Shown: piece by piece, positions 1 through 8,991 of the stretch
Layout: every line of letters begins with the position of its first letter
Numbering within the stretch: position 1 is the stretch's first letter
Source of the DNA: Planctomycetota bacterium
GTDB lineage: Bacteria > Planctomycetota > UBA8108 > SXIK01
Direction of reading: 5' to 3'
NCBI GenBank assembly: GCA_965223265.1
Contig: OZ244999.1
Coordinates: forward strand, 5,280,001 to 5,344,000
DNA length: 64,000 nt
Translations under genes and position numbers: made by a program
The notes under the pieces: model-generated
What the model saw: the letters and a program-made list of their open reading frames with translations, nothing else
What the model was told of the DNA's origin: nothing
Databases searched by the model: none

Positions 1-684
1 GTAAGCCGAAAGCAATAGGAGAAGCACACACGAAACAAGTCGCCAGCGGCTCCGCAACGCCGCTTGCAGTGACCTGCCACTCACGCCGACAAACCAGAGC
101 GCCGGTACGGTCCCAAGTCCGAGAGCGACCATGATCAGGGCACCGAACAACACGCTCCCACGCGCTAAAGCTGCCGCCAAAAAAGCATAGACGAGGGGAC
201 ATGGCAGAAAGCCACTCAGCATGCCAAGGAAGAGCCCTTTGAGACGCGAAGGCGAACGCGCCAAAGTAGAGCCGGCTCGGATCCACAAGGAGGCGAAGCG
301 CGCCCAATAGTTCCGCGATCGAGGACGAATCACCGCGATTGGGTCCCAGCCGAAACCACTCAATGCAATCAGAGCGATCAAGAGTGCAGCACCAACGCTG
401 AGTGACAGCCGCACAGCCGCACCGTACGCCCCGACGTGCTGCCCCAACGCTCCGACGATGGCGACCAAAAAAAGGTACGACATCGTCTTCCCAGCATGAT
501 AAAGCGATTGAGCGCGTAAAAAGCGCCACGGAATGACACGCGGCTCGCTGTCTCTACAGCAGCCCGCGGCGACAACAAAAGACCCACACATACCGATGCA
601 GTGCAGCGATCCAAAGAGCGCAGCAAGCAAGAACCCGAATGCATCAGAAAGTGTCAGCGTCGTCGAATGGTCATCCAAAAGCAT
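1..684 (-). CDS. DsbD_2/TauE-SafE family membrane protein (cbb3 assembly; runs off the window start)
   Basis: Not in the ORF track. ATG at 684 reads MLLDDHSTTLTLSDAFGFLLAALFGSLHCIGMCG, and the in-frame GMLSGFLPCPLVY near 240-185 gives both family Cys motifs. Directly follows ccoI. Confidence 0.85.
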   Translation of the reverse strand, partial: MLLDDHSTTLTLSDAFGFLLAALFGSLHCIGMCGSFVVAAGCCRDSEPRVIPWRFLRAQSLYHAGKTMSYLFLVAIVGALGQHVGAYGAAVRLSLSVGAALLIALIALSGFGWDPIAVIRPRSRNYWARFASLWIRAGSTLARSPSRLKGLFLGMLSGFLPCPLVYAFLAAALARGSVLFGALIMVALGLGTVPALWFVGVSGRSLQAALRSRWRLVSCVLLLLLSAY

Positions 685-685
685 G

Positions 686-3229
686 TCACCCCCGCGACGA
701 TCGTGGTACGTCAGCAATCGCAGCGAACACTGCCGCAGGTCTCGACGACTTTCGTGGCATCGATTCTGCCTTCGCTAATGCTGCTTCCTGTGCGGAAGGC
801 ATACCGTCCTCGCCCTCACTGTGCACGCCAGGGACGTACGTCCGCTTCCGATGCCGTGTCGGTTCACGTTCCTTGGCCGTCGAGATGCGAACGACGCATA
901 GACTCGAGACAACCATAAGGAGGGCAGCGACGACAGGATGAATCTTGCCGCACGCCGCGAGCGTCAAGCCGAGGCTGTTGTAGCCAAAGGCCCAGAACAG
1001 ATTGCGCCGAATCCGGTGAGTCGTCGCTTTCGCGAGCCCCAGGAGATACGGCACCGCATCGAGGACACGGCTTCCCGCTGGACTGTGAAGTGTAACCTGG
1101 GCCGACTCGATGGCGAGATCTGCGCCGTGCGCCATCGCGATGCCCACGTGAGCGGCGGCTAGAACGGGCGCATCGTTGACCCCGTCGCCAACCATGACGA
1201 CCCTACGCCCCTGCGCCACGGCGTCGCGGACGAAGCGCAGTTTCTCGTCCGGCAAGAGGTCCGCGATCACCGGGACACCAAGCTTCGCGCCGATCGCTTC
1301 TCCCCGCGCGCGCCGATCACCCGTGAGAATCGTGACTCGGCACCCTGCCGCCTGAAGCCTCTGTGTGACCGCGACGGCTTCGGGCCGCAGCCTCTCACCG
1401 TACGCGAGCAAGCCGAGGACGCGATTGTCCCGCAAGACGTACACAACGGACTCGCTTTCATCGACCTGTTGGCTCACGTCGTCGAGGTCGCGGCGGGCGC
1501 GCGCCAAATCATCAGGCCCGAGGTGCTTCTGCGCCTCGATGAGACGTCGCCTCCCGACCGCCACGCGCCTGCTGCCGCACTTGCCGCTGATTCCAAGACC
1601 AGCGACTTGCTGCAGAGCGGTGACGCAATCGTCTCGCTGCGGCTCGAGGCGAGCGGTGTCGTCGACGACCTCTCTCTGTTCGTCGCCACTGCCACCCCGG
1701 TGGCGGCGTTCCACGACAAGGCGAACCGCATCAGCAAGTGGGTGATTCGAGTAACGCACCAAAGCGTCCGCGGTCGCGAGGAGCTCTTCTGGCTCCACTC
1801 CGCTCGAAGTGATCACTCGCGACAGCTCCAGGTCCCTCTCAGTGAGCGTCCCAGTCTTGTCGAAAAAAAAGTCGGTCACGCCTGTCAACGCCTCGAACAC
1901 AGTCGCAGCGCGTACGACAGCGCCGCGAGCTGCCGCTCGCAGCAGGGCAACGTGGATCGCCAAGGGCGCCGCGATGCCGAGAGCACAGGGGCATGCGATC
2001 AGTAGCACCGCCAGAGCGTGAAGTAACCCCTCGTTCCAGCCAAGCCTGCGTCCCCAGTAAGCGAAGGTGAGAAACGCGACGCCAAGCGTGATCGCCAAGA
2101 AGTAACCAGCTGCTCTCTCAGCCAAACGCTCAACGCGCGGCCGGGAGTGCCGCGCTTGGTCCATCAGCGCGGCGACTCGATCGACCAATCGATCACCAAC
2201 CCGCCGGGTGACCTCTACATCGAGCCAACCTTCGATACACAGCGAGCCAGCCGCGACATCGGCACCCGGTTCGCACTCTTGCGGCGAGCTCTCGCCGCTC
2301 AACAGAGAACGGTCGACGGAAGCGCGGCCACCAAGTACCGTGCCGTCGAGAGGCAATCGTTCACCCGCAAGGACACGCACGACGGCGCCAACCTGAACGT
2401 CCGTCGCTTGCACCATAGCACCACGATCGCTCGCATCGTATGGCACGCGAGAGCGACCACACGCTTTCATGCCGACGTCAGCGGCACCTACGTCAGCTGC
2501 GGACCGACTCGAGCGACGCGTCTCCCCGACCCTGTATCCTCCCGGCGAAGCAGCCAACTGACGCGCTCGCCTCGGTGTCATCGCCAGCACCGAAGAAAGG
2601 TGTTCTCGTGTGCGCGAACGCGCCCGCGCTTCGAGATAACGACCGAGCGTGACGAGCAAGAGGAGCATAACGGCAGTGTCGAAGTAGACGACGCCGGAAC
2701 CCCGAGCAGTGTTCACAACCGAAAGCGCATAGGCCGAGAACGCCCCCAGTGAAACGAGCGCGTTCACCGTCGACGGTGGTGTCTGCGGCGCCACGAACGG
2801 GCGCACAAGAGGGCGCGGGAGGCTTTGCAGTAACAGGGGCACGCCGAGAAGCAGAACCGCCGGAGTCGCAAACCCAAGCGCCAACCACTGCAAGATTGAA
2901 GTCAACGGCCCCAGGGGGTGCGCACCGATGACACCATCCGAGGATACGGCACTGCCGGGAACGACGACGTCGGCGTAGAGGACGATGGAAAACACCATCA
3001 CCCCCATCGAGAAAAATGCCGCCAAATAGAATCGAGTCTGGAGCCAATTGAGCTCGCGCGCCGATCCGTCGTCACGGTGGTCGACCGACGTGATTCTCGC
3101 AACCAAATAGCAACCGTAGCAACAGTAGCGTCCGCCGGCATCCGATGAACGTCGAGACGCCACCGGCAAGCCACAAAGGTCGCAGGCGCGACGCGCACTG
3201 GAATGCTTCGAAGCGACTGCGGATTCGAT
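686..3229 (-). CDS. ccoI: Heavy-metal (Cu) P1B-type ATPase, CcoI/FixI-like; start uncertain
   Basis: CPC, DKTGT, SNHP and GDGVND motifs. The N-terminal CDLCGLP...YCCYGC domain begins upstream of the track's TTG at 3169. Lies within the cbb3 operon. Confidence 0.85.
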   Translation of the reverse strand: MESAVASKHSSARRACDLCGLPVASRRSSDAGGRYCCYGCYLVARITSVDHRDDGSARELNWLQTRFYLAAFFSMGVMVFSIVLYADVVVPGSAVSSDGVIGAHPLGPLTSILQWLALGFATPAVLLLGVPLLLQSLPRPLVRPFVAPQTPPSTVNALVSLGAFSAYALSVVNTARGSGVVYFDTAVMLLLLVTLGRYLEARARSRTREHLSSVLAMTPRRARQLAASPGGYRVGETRRSSRSAADVGAADVGMKACGRSRVPYDASDRGAMVQATDVQVGAVVRVLAGERLPLDGTVLGGRASVDRSLLSGESSPQECEPGADVAAGSLCIEGWLDVEVTRRVGDRLVDRVAALMDQARHSRPRVERLAERAAGYFLAITLGVAFLTFAYWGRRLGWNEGLLHALAVLLIACPCALGIAAPLAIHVALLRAAARGAVVRAATVFEALTGVTDFFFDKTGTLTERDLELSRVITSSGVEPEELLATADALVRYSNHPLADAVRLVVERRHRGGSGDEQREVVDDTARLEPQRDDCVTALQQVAGLGISGKCGSRRVAVGRRRLIEAQKHLGPDDLARARRDLDDVSQQVDESESVVYVLRDNRVLGLLAYGERLRPEAVAVTQRLQAAGCRVTILTGDRRARGEAIGAKLGVPVIADLLPDEKLRFVRDAVAQGRRVVMVGDGVNDAPVLAAAHVGIAMAHGADLAIESAQVTLHSPAGSRVLDAVPYLLGLAKATTHRIRRNLFWAFGYNSLGLTLAACGKIHPVVAALLMVVSSLCVVRISTAKEREPTRHRKRTYVPGVHSEGEDGMPSAQEAALAKAESMPRKSSRPAAVFAAIADVPRSSRG

Positions 3230-3232
3230 GAC

Positions 3233-3895
3233 TCACTCCACTTCGGACGAAGTTGCCGAAGGCTCCGCCGGTTGGTCGTAGTGGCGCGGGTTAAAAACGG
3301 CAAACGGCTGCAGAAGAACCATCACTTCGGCGAAGACGATATGCGTCAGCGCTCCGATCAACGGCGGCACTTCGTTGACGATGTAGCTGGTGGGCTCCCC
3401 GGTGATCACAGGCTGCAACCAGCTGAGGATGCCGTAGAAGTTGATGAGCCACATGACCACTCCGAGCACAGCGCCGACCACGAGTCGCTGCAGAAGCGAC
3501 TGGCCGATGAAGAAGCGGCTGTAGACAACGTGAATAGGAGTACCGCAGAGGACGCCAGTGAACGTATGAAGCCCGGTGGCGAAAACAAGCACGACGGCTT
3601 CGTTACTCTGCGCGGTCGACGCCCCCCCGAGGATCGTCGAATAGACGCGAAGTAGACGCAGAGGATCGTCGAGCCCCACGACCGCGGCGCCCAGAACGTT
3701 CGCCCCCAATGCAATCCAGGAGGCAACCGCCCCGAGAACCATTCCAGCGAGGACGTAGTACGCGAGGTAAAAACCATGCGGGAACCACCTCGCGTCCCTT
3801 TCTACTCGCTCCGCCGCCCGCAGTTGCTCCTCCAGCTGTTCGACGACTCGGCGTTGACTCTCAAGCTGTTGGCGAATTTCTTCAGATTTATTCAC
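3233..3895 (-). CDS. Hypothetical membrane protein (N-terminal coiled coil, about 4 TM helices, intramembrane His residues)
   Basis: 220-aa ORF with hydrophobic segments, overlapping the upstream gene within the operon. Confidence 0.75.
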   Translation of the reverse strand: MNKSEEIRQQLESQRRVVEQLEEQLRAAERVERDARWFPHGFYLAYYVLAGMVLGAVASWIALGANVLGAAVVGLDDPLRLLRVYSTILGGASTAQSNEAVVLVFATGLHTFTGVLCGTPIHVVYSRFFIGQSLLQRLVVGAVLGVVMWLINFYGILSWLQPVITGEPTSYIVNEVPPLIGALTHIVFAEVMVLLQPFAVFNPRHYDQPAEPSATSSEVE

Positions 3896-4121
3896 GGGAA
3901 AACCACTCGACCCAACTACTGGGAATGTAGCGCACCAAATACACTGCGGCGAAGATCAAGAAGGCAATCCACAAAACACCGAGGAATCGTGGCACCGTCG
4001 CGCCTTCATAGGAGAGAAAGCGCTCCGACTCATCCTGGCCGTGAGTGCTCTCTCCCGCGCCGCCGCCGGAGTCGGTCGATCGAGCACTCGAAGCATCGCC
4101 TTCAGATGCCGGCGCGGTCAT
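3888..4121 (-). CDS. Small single-TM protein in the cbb3 operon (possibly CcoQ-like)
   Basis: 77 aa with one C-terminal TM helix; overlaps both neighbours. Confidence 0.6.
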   Translation of the reverse strand: MTAPASEGDASSARSTDSGGGAGESTHGQDESERFLSYEGATVPRFLGVLWIAFLIFAAVYLVRYIPSSWVEWFSRE

Positions 4122-4410
4122 ATTCTTCCTCCTGTTCTAGCAGACGGAACTTGGGAGCTTCCACGTCTTGAAACTGTCCGCGGCTGATGGACCACAAGAA
4201 AAGTGAGAGGAAGCCAACAGCGACACACACGTAAGTGAGTACTGGAACAGCAGCGAAGCTCGCGACCTCGTCGCCCATCGCTTCTCGAGTGAACTGCACG
4301 AGTTTGTAGACAAACCCAGTGCCACCAACGAATACCGCCAAGAGCATGATGCGGCAGATCCACTGCCCCATGCCGCGGCGACTGGATTGACTTCCGTGGA
4401 CCTTAGTCAA
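4102..4410 (-). CDS. ccoS: cbb3-type oxidase maturation protein CcoS-like
   Basis: FLWSISRGQFQDVEAPKFRLL matches the CcoS signature. TTG at 4410 has GAGGAGGAG upstream. Confidence 0.75.
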   Translation of the reverse strand: MTKVHGSQSSRRGMGQWICRIMLLAVFVGGTGFVYKLVQFTREAMGDEVASFAAVPVLTYVCVAVGFLSLFLWSISRGQFQDVEAPKFRLLEQEEEYDRAGI

Positions 4411-5044
4411 GACGCTCCTCCTCAGGAATCCAACTTCCAAGCCACTGCACGTAAGTCACGATGGCGAATCCCTTGCGATTCAGAACTGGTACCGGCGCCG
4501 ACGTCTCACCGGATTGTTGATCCGGGATCTCAAAGAACCAGGGAAACGGTGGCATCACGGACGTCGGTGAGACGAAGCGCGGATTGAAAAAGTGAGCGAT
4601 GTGCCAGTCGTTCGAGCGCACACCAGCTTCTCGGATGAGGTCTGGACCAACGCGGCGGGTTCCCAGGAGAGGCGGCATCTGAAGTTCGTTGTGATATTCC
4701 GCCGGCGCTGAGATTTTGCCCCACCGCAGGTCCTCGTTACTCACTGGGCGAATGAACTGCGAATGGCAGTGCCAGCACCCCTCACCGATGAACAAGTCAC
4801 GTCCCTCGCGCAGCGCCGCGGTCGCGTTCTCGGCGTTCACGCCCGTAGGAAACGCGCGTGCAAACGACTCGGGTTGACGGCGTGCCAGATCAGCAAAGTC
4901 CTCCATCACCGGTTCGACGAGTGCATCCGCCTTGAGCACCGGTAGATCTACGAAATGGAGGTACGGCACGACGGACATAACGACAAAGGCGAAGAAAAAG
5001 AAGGCGAGACCAGCAACCAGGAACACGCCGCTAAAACGTTCCAA
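4403..5044 (-). CDS. ccoO: cbb3-type cytochrome c oxidase subunit II
   Basis: EGCWHCHSQFIRP, GTRRVGPDL, WHIAHFFNPR and SVMPPF motifs; N-terminal TM helix. Confidence 0.92.
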   Translation of the reverse strand: MERFSGVFLVAGLAFFFFAFVVMSVVPYLHFVDLPVLKADALVEPVMEDFADLARRQPESFARAFPTGVNAENATAALREGRDLFIGEGCWHCHSQFIRPVSNEDLRWGKISAPAEYHNELQMPPLLGTRRVGPDLIREAGVRSNDWHIAHFFNPRFVSPTSVMPPFPWFFEIPDQQSGETSAPVPVLNRKGFAIVTYVQWLGSWIPEEERLD

Positions 5045-5048
5045 TTCT

Positions 5049-6434
5049 CTATCCTCCGACTAACGCCGTTTCTCTGCGCTCGGCTGCCTGCGGTGCTCGC
5101 GCTGTGCACCACATGTTCCAAGCGAGGAGTCCGACACCGATCAGGACCATGACTCCCGAAAGCGTCCGCACCCACCAGAACGGCACAGAGCTGACGACCG
5201 ACATTTCCCACGGCGCGAGTTCCTTCCAGCTGAATCCCTGAACGAGCCCGACACCGGTCAGCGCCATGAACATCACGACGAGCCCGATCGTGCACAGCCA
5301 GTACGCCCAATGATTCATCTGGTTGGAGTACCACTCGCGGTCGACGAGGCGCGGCCAGAGATGCACGATCGTGCCAAAGATCCAGAACGTGAAAACGCCG
5401 AACATCACGAGGTGAGCATGCGCCACCACCCAATCCGTGAAGTGGATAATCTTTTGCGCCGAGAGCGTCGTTTGATACGCGCACTGTAGACACGTAATGA
5501 AGTAGAGCACCATGCCGGTATAGAACCAACGAATCGGCAGGTTCGTTCTCAGCAGATCACCGCGGCCGAACAGTGTCGCGAAGAAGTTGACGATCACGGT
5601 CGTGACGACCACTTCGACGGCTATCGTCGCGACGACAGCGCCATACTGCGCATACATTGGAATCGGGCTGTAGAGGAAGTGATGCACCCCATTCAGTGGA
5701 TAGAAGAAAGCCAGGCCCCAGAAACCGATCAGCGAGAGCCCGTGACTATAAATCGGCTTCTTGATGATGATCGGCACGAAATAGTACATCAGCCCCCATC
5801 CCATTGGAGTCACGAACAGACCGACCAGGTCGTGAATGTAGAGACCCGCCAACGCAGCTCCCGAAGCACCGGGGATGAAATACTCTGGGAGGAAATTCCC
5901 CATGATGTATGTCAGTCCGGTCCAAACGAGCCCGGCGGAGATGTACCAGAGGGACACGTAAAGGGCTCTAGTCTCGCTGCGCGCAATCGGCGTGAAAAAC
6001 TGCGCCATGAGAAGGAGCGCACCGACGACGACGAAGGGATCAACCCACACTGGGGTCTCGCCCCATTCGAGCCCTTGGGCTTCACCAGCCAAGATCCCAA
6101 CAAAGGTGGCGGCGATGATCGCCTGCCAGACCCAGAAGATCAGCCAACCAAGACGATCGCTGAGAACCTGACGCGCCGTCATTCGTGGTACCGCCCAATA
6201 GAGCAGTCCGACGAACGAATTGACGAGGAAACCGAAAGCGATCAGGTTCGTGTGCACCATGCGCACTCTTCCCGGCGACAGCACCGAGATGCCTTCCGCC
6301 GGATAGTGCTGCAGGAACGAAAGCGAATAGAGGAATCCTCCAACGAGCGCAATCAGCAGGCTAGCCATGCCGGCGGCAAGATGTGCACGGACGAGGCCGC
6401 GATGAACGAGCTGAGAAGTCTCAGTTGTTTTCAC
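5049..6434 (-). CDS. ccoN: cbb3-type (C-family) heme-copper oxidase subunit I, divergent
   Basis: HTN, HDLVGL, FFYPLNGVHH and TDWVVAHAH ligand motifs; about 12 TM helices. GTG at 6434 overlaps the upstream stop (GTGA). Confidence 0.88.
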   Translation of the reverse strand: MKTTETSQLVHRGLVRAHLAAGMASLLIALVGGFLYSLSFLQHYPAEGISVLSPGRVRMVHTNLIAFGFLVNSFVGLLYWAVPRMTARQVLSDRLGWLIFWVWQAIIAATFVGILAGEAQGLEWGETPVWVDPFVVVGALLLMAQFFTPIARSETRALYVSLWYISAGLVWTGLTYIMGNFLPEYFIPGASGAALAGLYIHDLVGLFVTPMGWGLMYYFVPIIIKKPIYSHGLSLIGFWGLAFFYPLNGVHHFLYSPIPMYAQYGAVVATIAVEVVVTTVIVNFFATLFGRGDLLRTNLPIRWFYTGMVLYFITCLQCAYQTTLSAQKIIHFTDWVVAHAHLVMFGVFTFWIFGTIVHLWPRLVDREWYSNQMNHWAYWLCTIGLVVMFMALTGVGLVQGFSWKELAPWEMSVVSSVPFWWVRTLSGVMVLIGVGLLAWNMWCTARAPQAAERRETALVGG

Positions 6435-7336
6435 TCTTCCCTCCTGGCACGCCGTAAGGCCGACCGATTGCCACGCAGCGAATCCACATAGATGGCGAGC
6501 GCCCACAGCTCCTCCCCGGAAAGCGCACTCGACCACGAGGGCATCGCCGTGCCACCGACGCCCGCCGTGATGACTCGATAGAGGTCCTCGAGGCTGCGAA
6601 CGGACTTCAGTCGGGTACGGGCAAAGTCAGGCGGAAGGATGACCTCGCCCCAAAAATCTTCTTTCCCAATGCTCGTGTTGAGTTCGTCGCGTGACGTTCC
6701 CCCAGTCAGCGTTTCGAGCTCGGACTTCTCGATGTAAGCGGGATGGCACTGCCAGCAGGTGGCTTTCTTGTGATAGATGAGACGCCCCTGCGCCGTGGCT
6801 TCCTGAATCTCGTCAGGCTCTTCGAGATCAAACGGGTTGGTGTGACGCGGCACGGCCGGCTCGGGGTACCGCTCGGCGCGCTGCGCGTCGAACGTTTTGA
6901 TGTAGGCGACGAGCTGGCGCCGCTGGCGCTCCGGAAGAAAACGCCAGGACGGCATCGAGGTGCCACGAAGGCCGTGCAGAATCGCTCGGTCCAGATCTTC
7001 GTCGAGCGGGATCGCGTTGGCCGGCGTGGTCGTGAACTTGAAGATCCCTTTGGTAAAGTCGCGCGGCTTGGGCTGCAGAAACGGCGCCGCTGGCCCAGCC
7101 CCATCCCCCTTCACACCATGACAGCCGCTACAGTATCGAAGGTACAGCCGCTCGCCCGCGTCGCCTTCGTCGGAGCGGCGAACGTGGAGTGGGTCATACG
7201 ACGCGTTCGCGGACCCCGTCGTCGGAGTTTCCGCGCTCTGAGCTTCGTCTTGTGCGCGGGCGCGCGAGTGAAGGCCCCACCCAGCGAGAGCACCGCACAC
7301 GGCGAGCGCAACGAGACACACGACAGTCTTCCGCAT
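6431..7336 (-). CDS. Diheme cytochrome c
   Basis: CSGCH and CWQCH motifs, PKPRDF, GTSMP/GTAMP; signal peptide after the ATG at 7336 with a GAGGAGG SD. Confidence 0.88.
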   Translation of the reverse strand: MRKTVVCLVALAVCGALAGWGLHSRARAQDEAQSAETPTTGSANASYDPLHVRRSDEGDAGERLYLRYCSGCHGVKGDGAGPAAPFLQPKPRDFTKGIFKFTTTPANAIPLDEDLDRAILHGLRGTSMPSWRFLPERQRRQLVAYIKTFDAQRAERYPEPAVPRHTNPFDLEEPDEIQEATAQGRLIYHKKATCWQCHPAYIEKSELETLTGGTSRDELNTSIGKEDFWGEVILPPDFARTRLKSVRSLEDLYRVITAGVGGTAMPSWSSALSGEELWALAIYVDSLRGNRSALRRARREE

Positions 7337-7787
7337 AAGCGATGGAGCCTCCTCGGTTAAGAGCCCGTTCAGCACATGAGCGCGTGGCGACTTTGTCACC
7401 GGTCACGAGATCTGGGGGGCTCAGCAAACGCGGTGCCACGCAGCCGGCGGCAACCCGACGATGGCGATCCCGGTGGTGTCGAGGAATTTTCACCGACCTC
7501 CCGTTCCTGAACGGTTCGTCAACGGGTGCGCCTTGCGTCTGTCGGGCCCGGAGTTGCGTGCGGTAGCGAGCCGGCGGACGAGTGCCGGAAATTTTCAGCG
7601 CCGTGATGAATAATTCGCCCTCGCGACCGCAGACGGCGGCGATGACGTGCCATCGAAGCAGGGCGCAAAAGCGGCCGCCGGACCCGCCTCGAAGGCACAC
7701 TCTGAGTGGGCGAGGCGACGCAGCGATAATCGCCGGTCAGGGCAGGAAAAGCGGCGGGAGGATTGTGTCGCGAATCGCTCCGCAGCG

Positions 7788-8633
7788 TCAGCCGACCAAC
7801 GATTTCAGGAATCTCAGATCAACCGCGGATTGTTCGAGAAGCTGAGGCGTTTCGAGGCGGCGAAAACTCGAGCTTCCCTTGTACTCGCTGTGGAGGGAAA
7901 CAACGCCGTCGTACTTGAGCTCGCGCAAACGCCCCATGAACCGCGGCAGGTTGGCTTGTCCGTCGGCGAGCGGGACGTAGCGCGTGCGGAACTGCATCCG
8001 GCCGGCGGCGCTTCGCTGCAGCTCTTCCCAGCGAAAGTTTTTGATACCTACAAGTGCGACCCAAGGCGCGACGAGATCCAGCCCGATCTCCCAGCCAGAA
8101 AGCCCACCTTCGACCGTCATGTGCATGGGATCGACGTACGCGCCGACCTCGTCAGGCGAAAAATCCTTGAGTAGCAAATAGAGGACCGCCCCACCGTTCG
8201 CCAGGATGTCGCCCGAGTGGACGTGCACGCACGGCAGCACATGGTAACGACGCGCCAGCTTGACCACGTTCTGCAGCTGCTTGCGCGCTGCGTCAAGTTG
8301 TGCCTCGATCGTTCCGAACGGCCGGTAGCGCCAGTATCCCAGCTTTATTTTGCGCACACCGTAATGGCTGCACGCAGCGATCACCTCTTCCGCATGCGGA
8401 CTCTCGGTGTCCGTGATGGCGGTTGAAGCCATGGGAATCGACATCTTGTGGCGTTCAGCGACCACGCGGGCGTTCGAGAGTCCGACTTCGGCGTTCTCGG
8501 GTAGCACGTGACCGCCTGGCCGAAGGGTCAGGTCGAGTCCTTCGAAGCCGGCCTTCTTGGCTTCCACGCAAACTCGATCGATGCTGAGATCTGCGAGGTT
8601 GTCGGTGAACAATATGTATTGCATGTCAGTCAC
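7788..8633 (-). CDS. Sugar-phosphate isomerase/epimerase (xylose isomerase-like TIM barrel)
   Basis: GFEGLDLTLRPGGHVLPE, HVH, DPMH, IKNF and SLHSEY motifs. Confidence 0.85.
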   Translation of the reverse strand: MTDMQYILFTDNLADLSIDRVCVEAKKAGFEGLDLTLRPGGHVLPENAEVGLSNARVVAERHKMSIPMASTAITDTESPHAEEVIAACSHYGVRKIKLGYWRYRPFGTIEAQLDAARKQLQNVVKLARRYHVLPCVHVHSGDILANGGAVLYLLLKDFSPDEVGAYVDPMHMTVEGGLSGWEIGLDLVAPWVALVGIKNFRWEELQRSAAGRMQFRTRYVPLADGQANLPRFMGRLRELKYDGVVSLHSEYKGSSSFRRLETPQLLEQSAVDLRFLKSLVG

Positions 8634-8653
8634 GATCTAGCCAAAAACCAACG

Positions 8654-8896
8654 CTACTCTTTCCCGCGGTCGTCTCCTACGTTCAATTCACGAAAAAGCC
8701 ATGCACGCGCCACCTGCCACTCTCGCTTCACGGTGGCCGGGGAAATCTCGAGAACCTCCTCGACCGACAGGCGCCCGAAGAAACGCAGCTCGACGACACG
8801 GCTCTTGCGCTGATCGATCTGCTCAAGACTCTGGAGTGCCTCGTCGAGCGCCGCGAGGCGTTCGTTCGGTAGGAGAGGCCCCTCTCCGAGCTCCAA
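8654..8896 (-). pseudogene. 3' remnant of an ECF-type sigma factor (region 4 only)
   Basis: LDEALQSL...[28 protein letters not shown]. Region 2 is missing, the HTH looks shortened, and the fragment abuts a truncated repeat. Confidence 0.75.
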
Positions 8897-8912
8897 TACT
8901 CGATCATCCCTA

Positions 8913-8991
8913 AGATTGCCTGCGTTTGCCGCGGCCGATCTGGACGCGAAGAGACCAGTTTTCGGCTCGAAGCACTTTTTCAGTCAGGCTG
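8913..8991 (-). mobile_element. Repeat family A, half copy (left arm only)
   Basis: The reverse complement, CAGCCTGACTGAAAAAGTGCTTCGAGCCGAAAACTGGTCTCTTCGCGTCCAGATCGGCCGCGGC, is nearly identical to the arm of the copy at 62788. Confidence 0.85.

Noticed and set aside
5049-6434. Nitric oxide reductase NorB instead of CcoN
   Set aside because: The helix-VII Tyr is retained and ccoO, ccoS and ccoI (Cu delivery) are adjacent.
7384-7399. Imperfect palindrome GTGGCGACTTTGTCAC upstream of the oxidase operon
   Set aside because: A single weak instance that does not match the FNR consensus; a regulator cannot be assigned.
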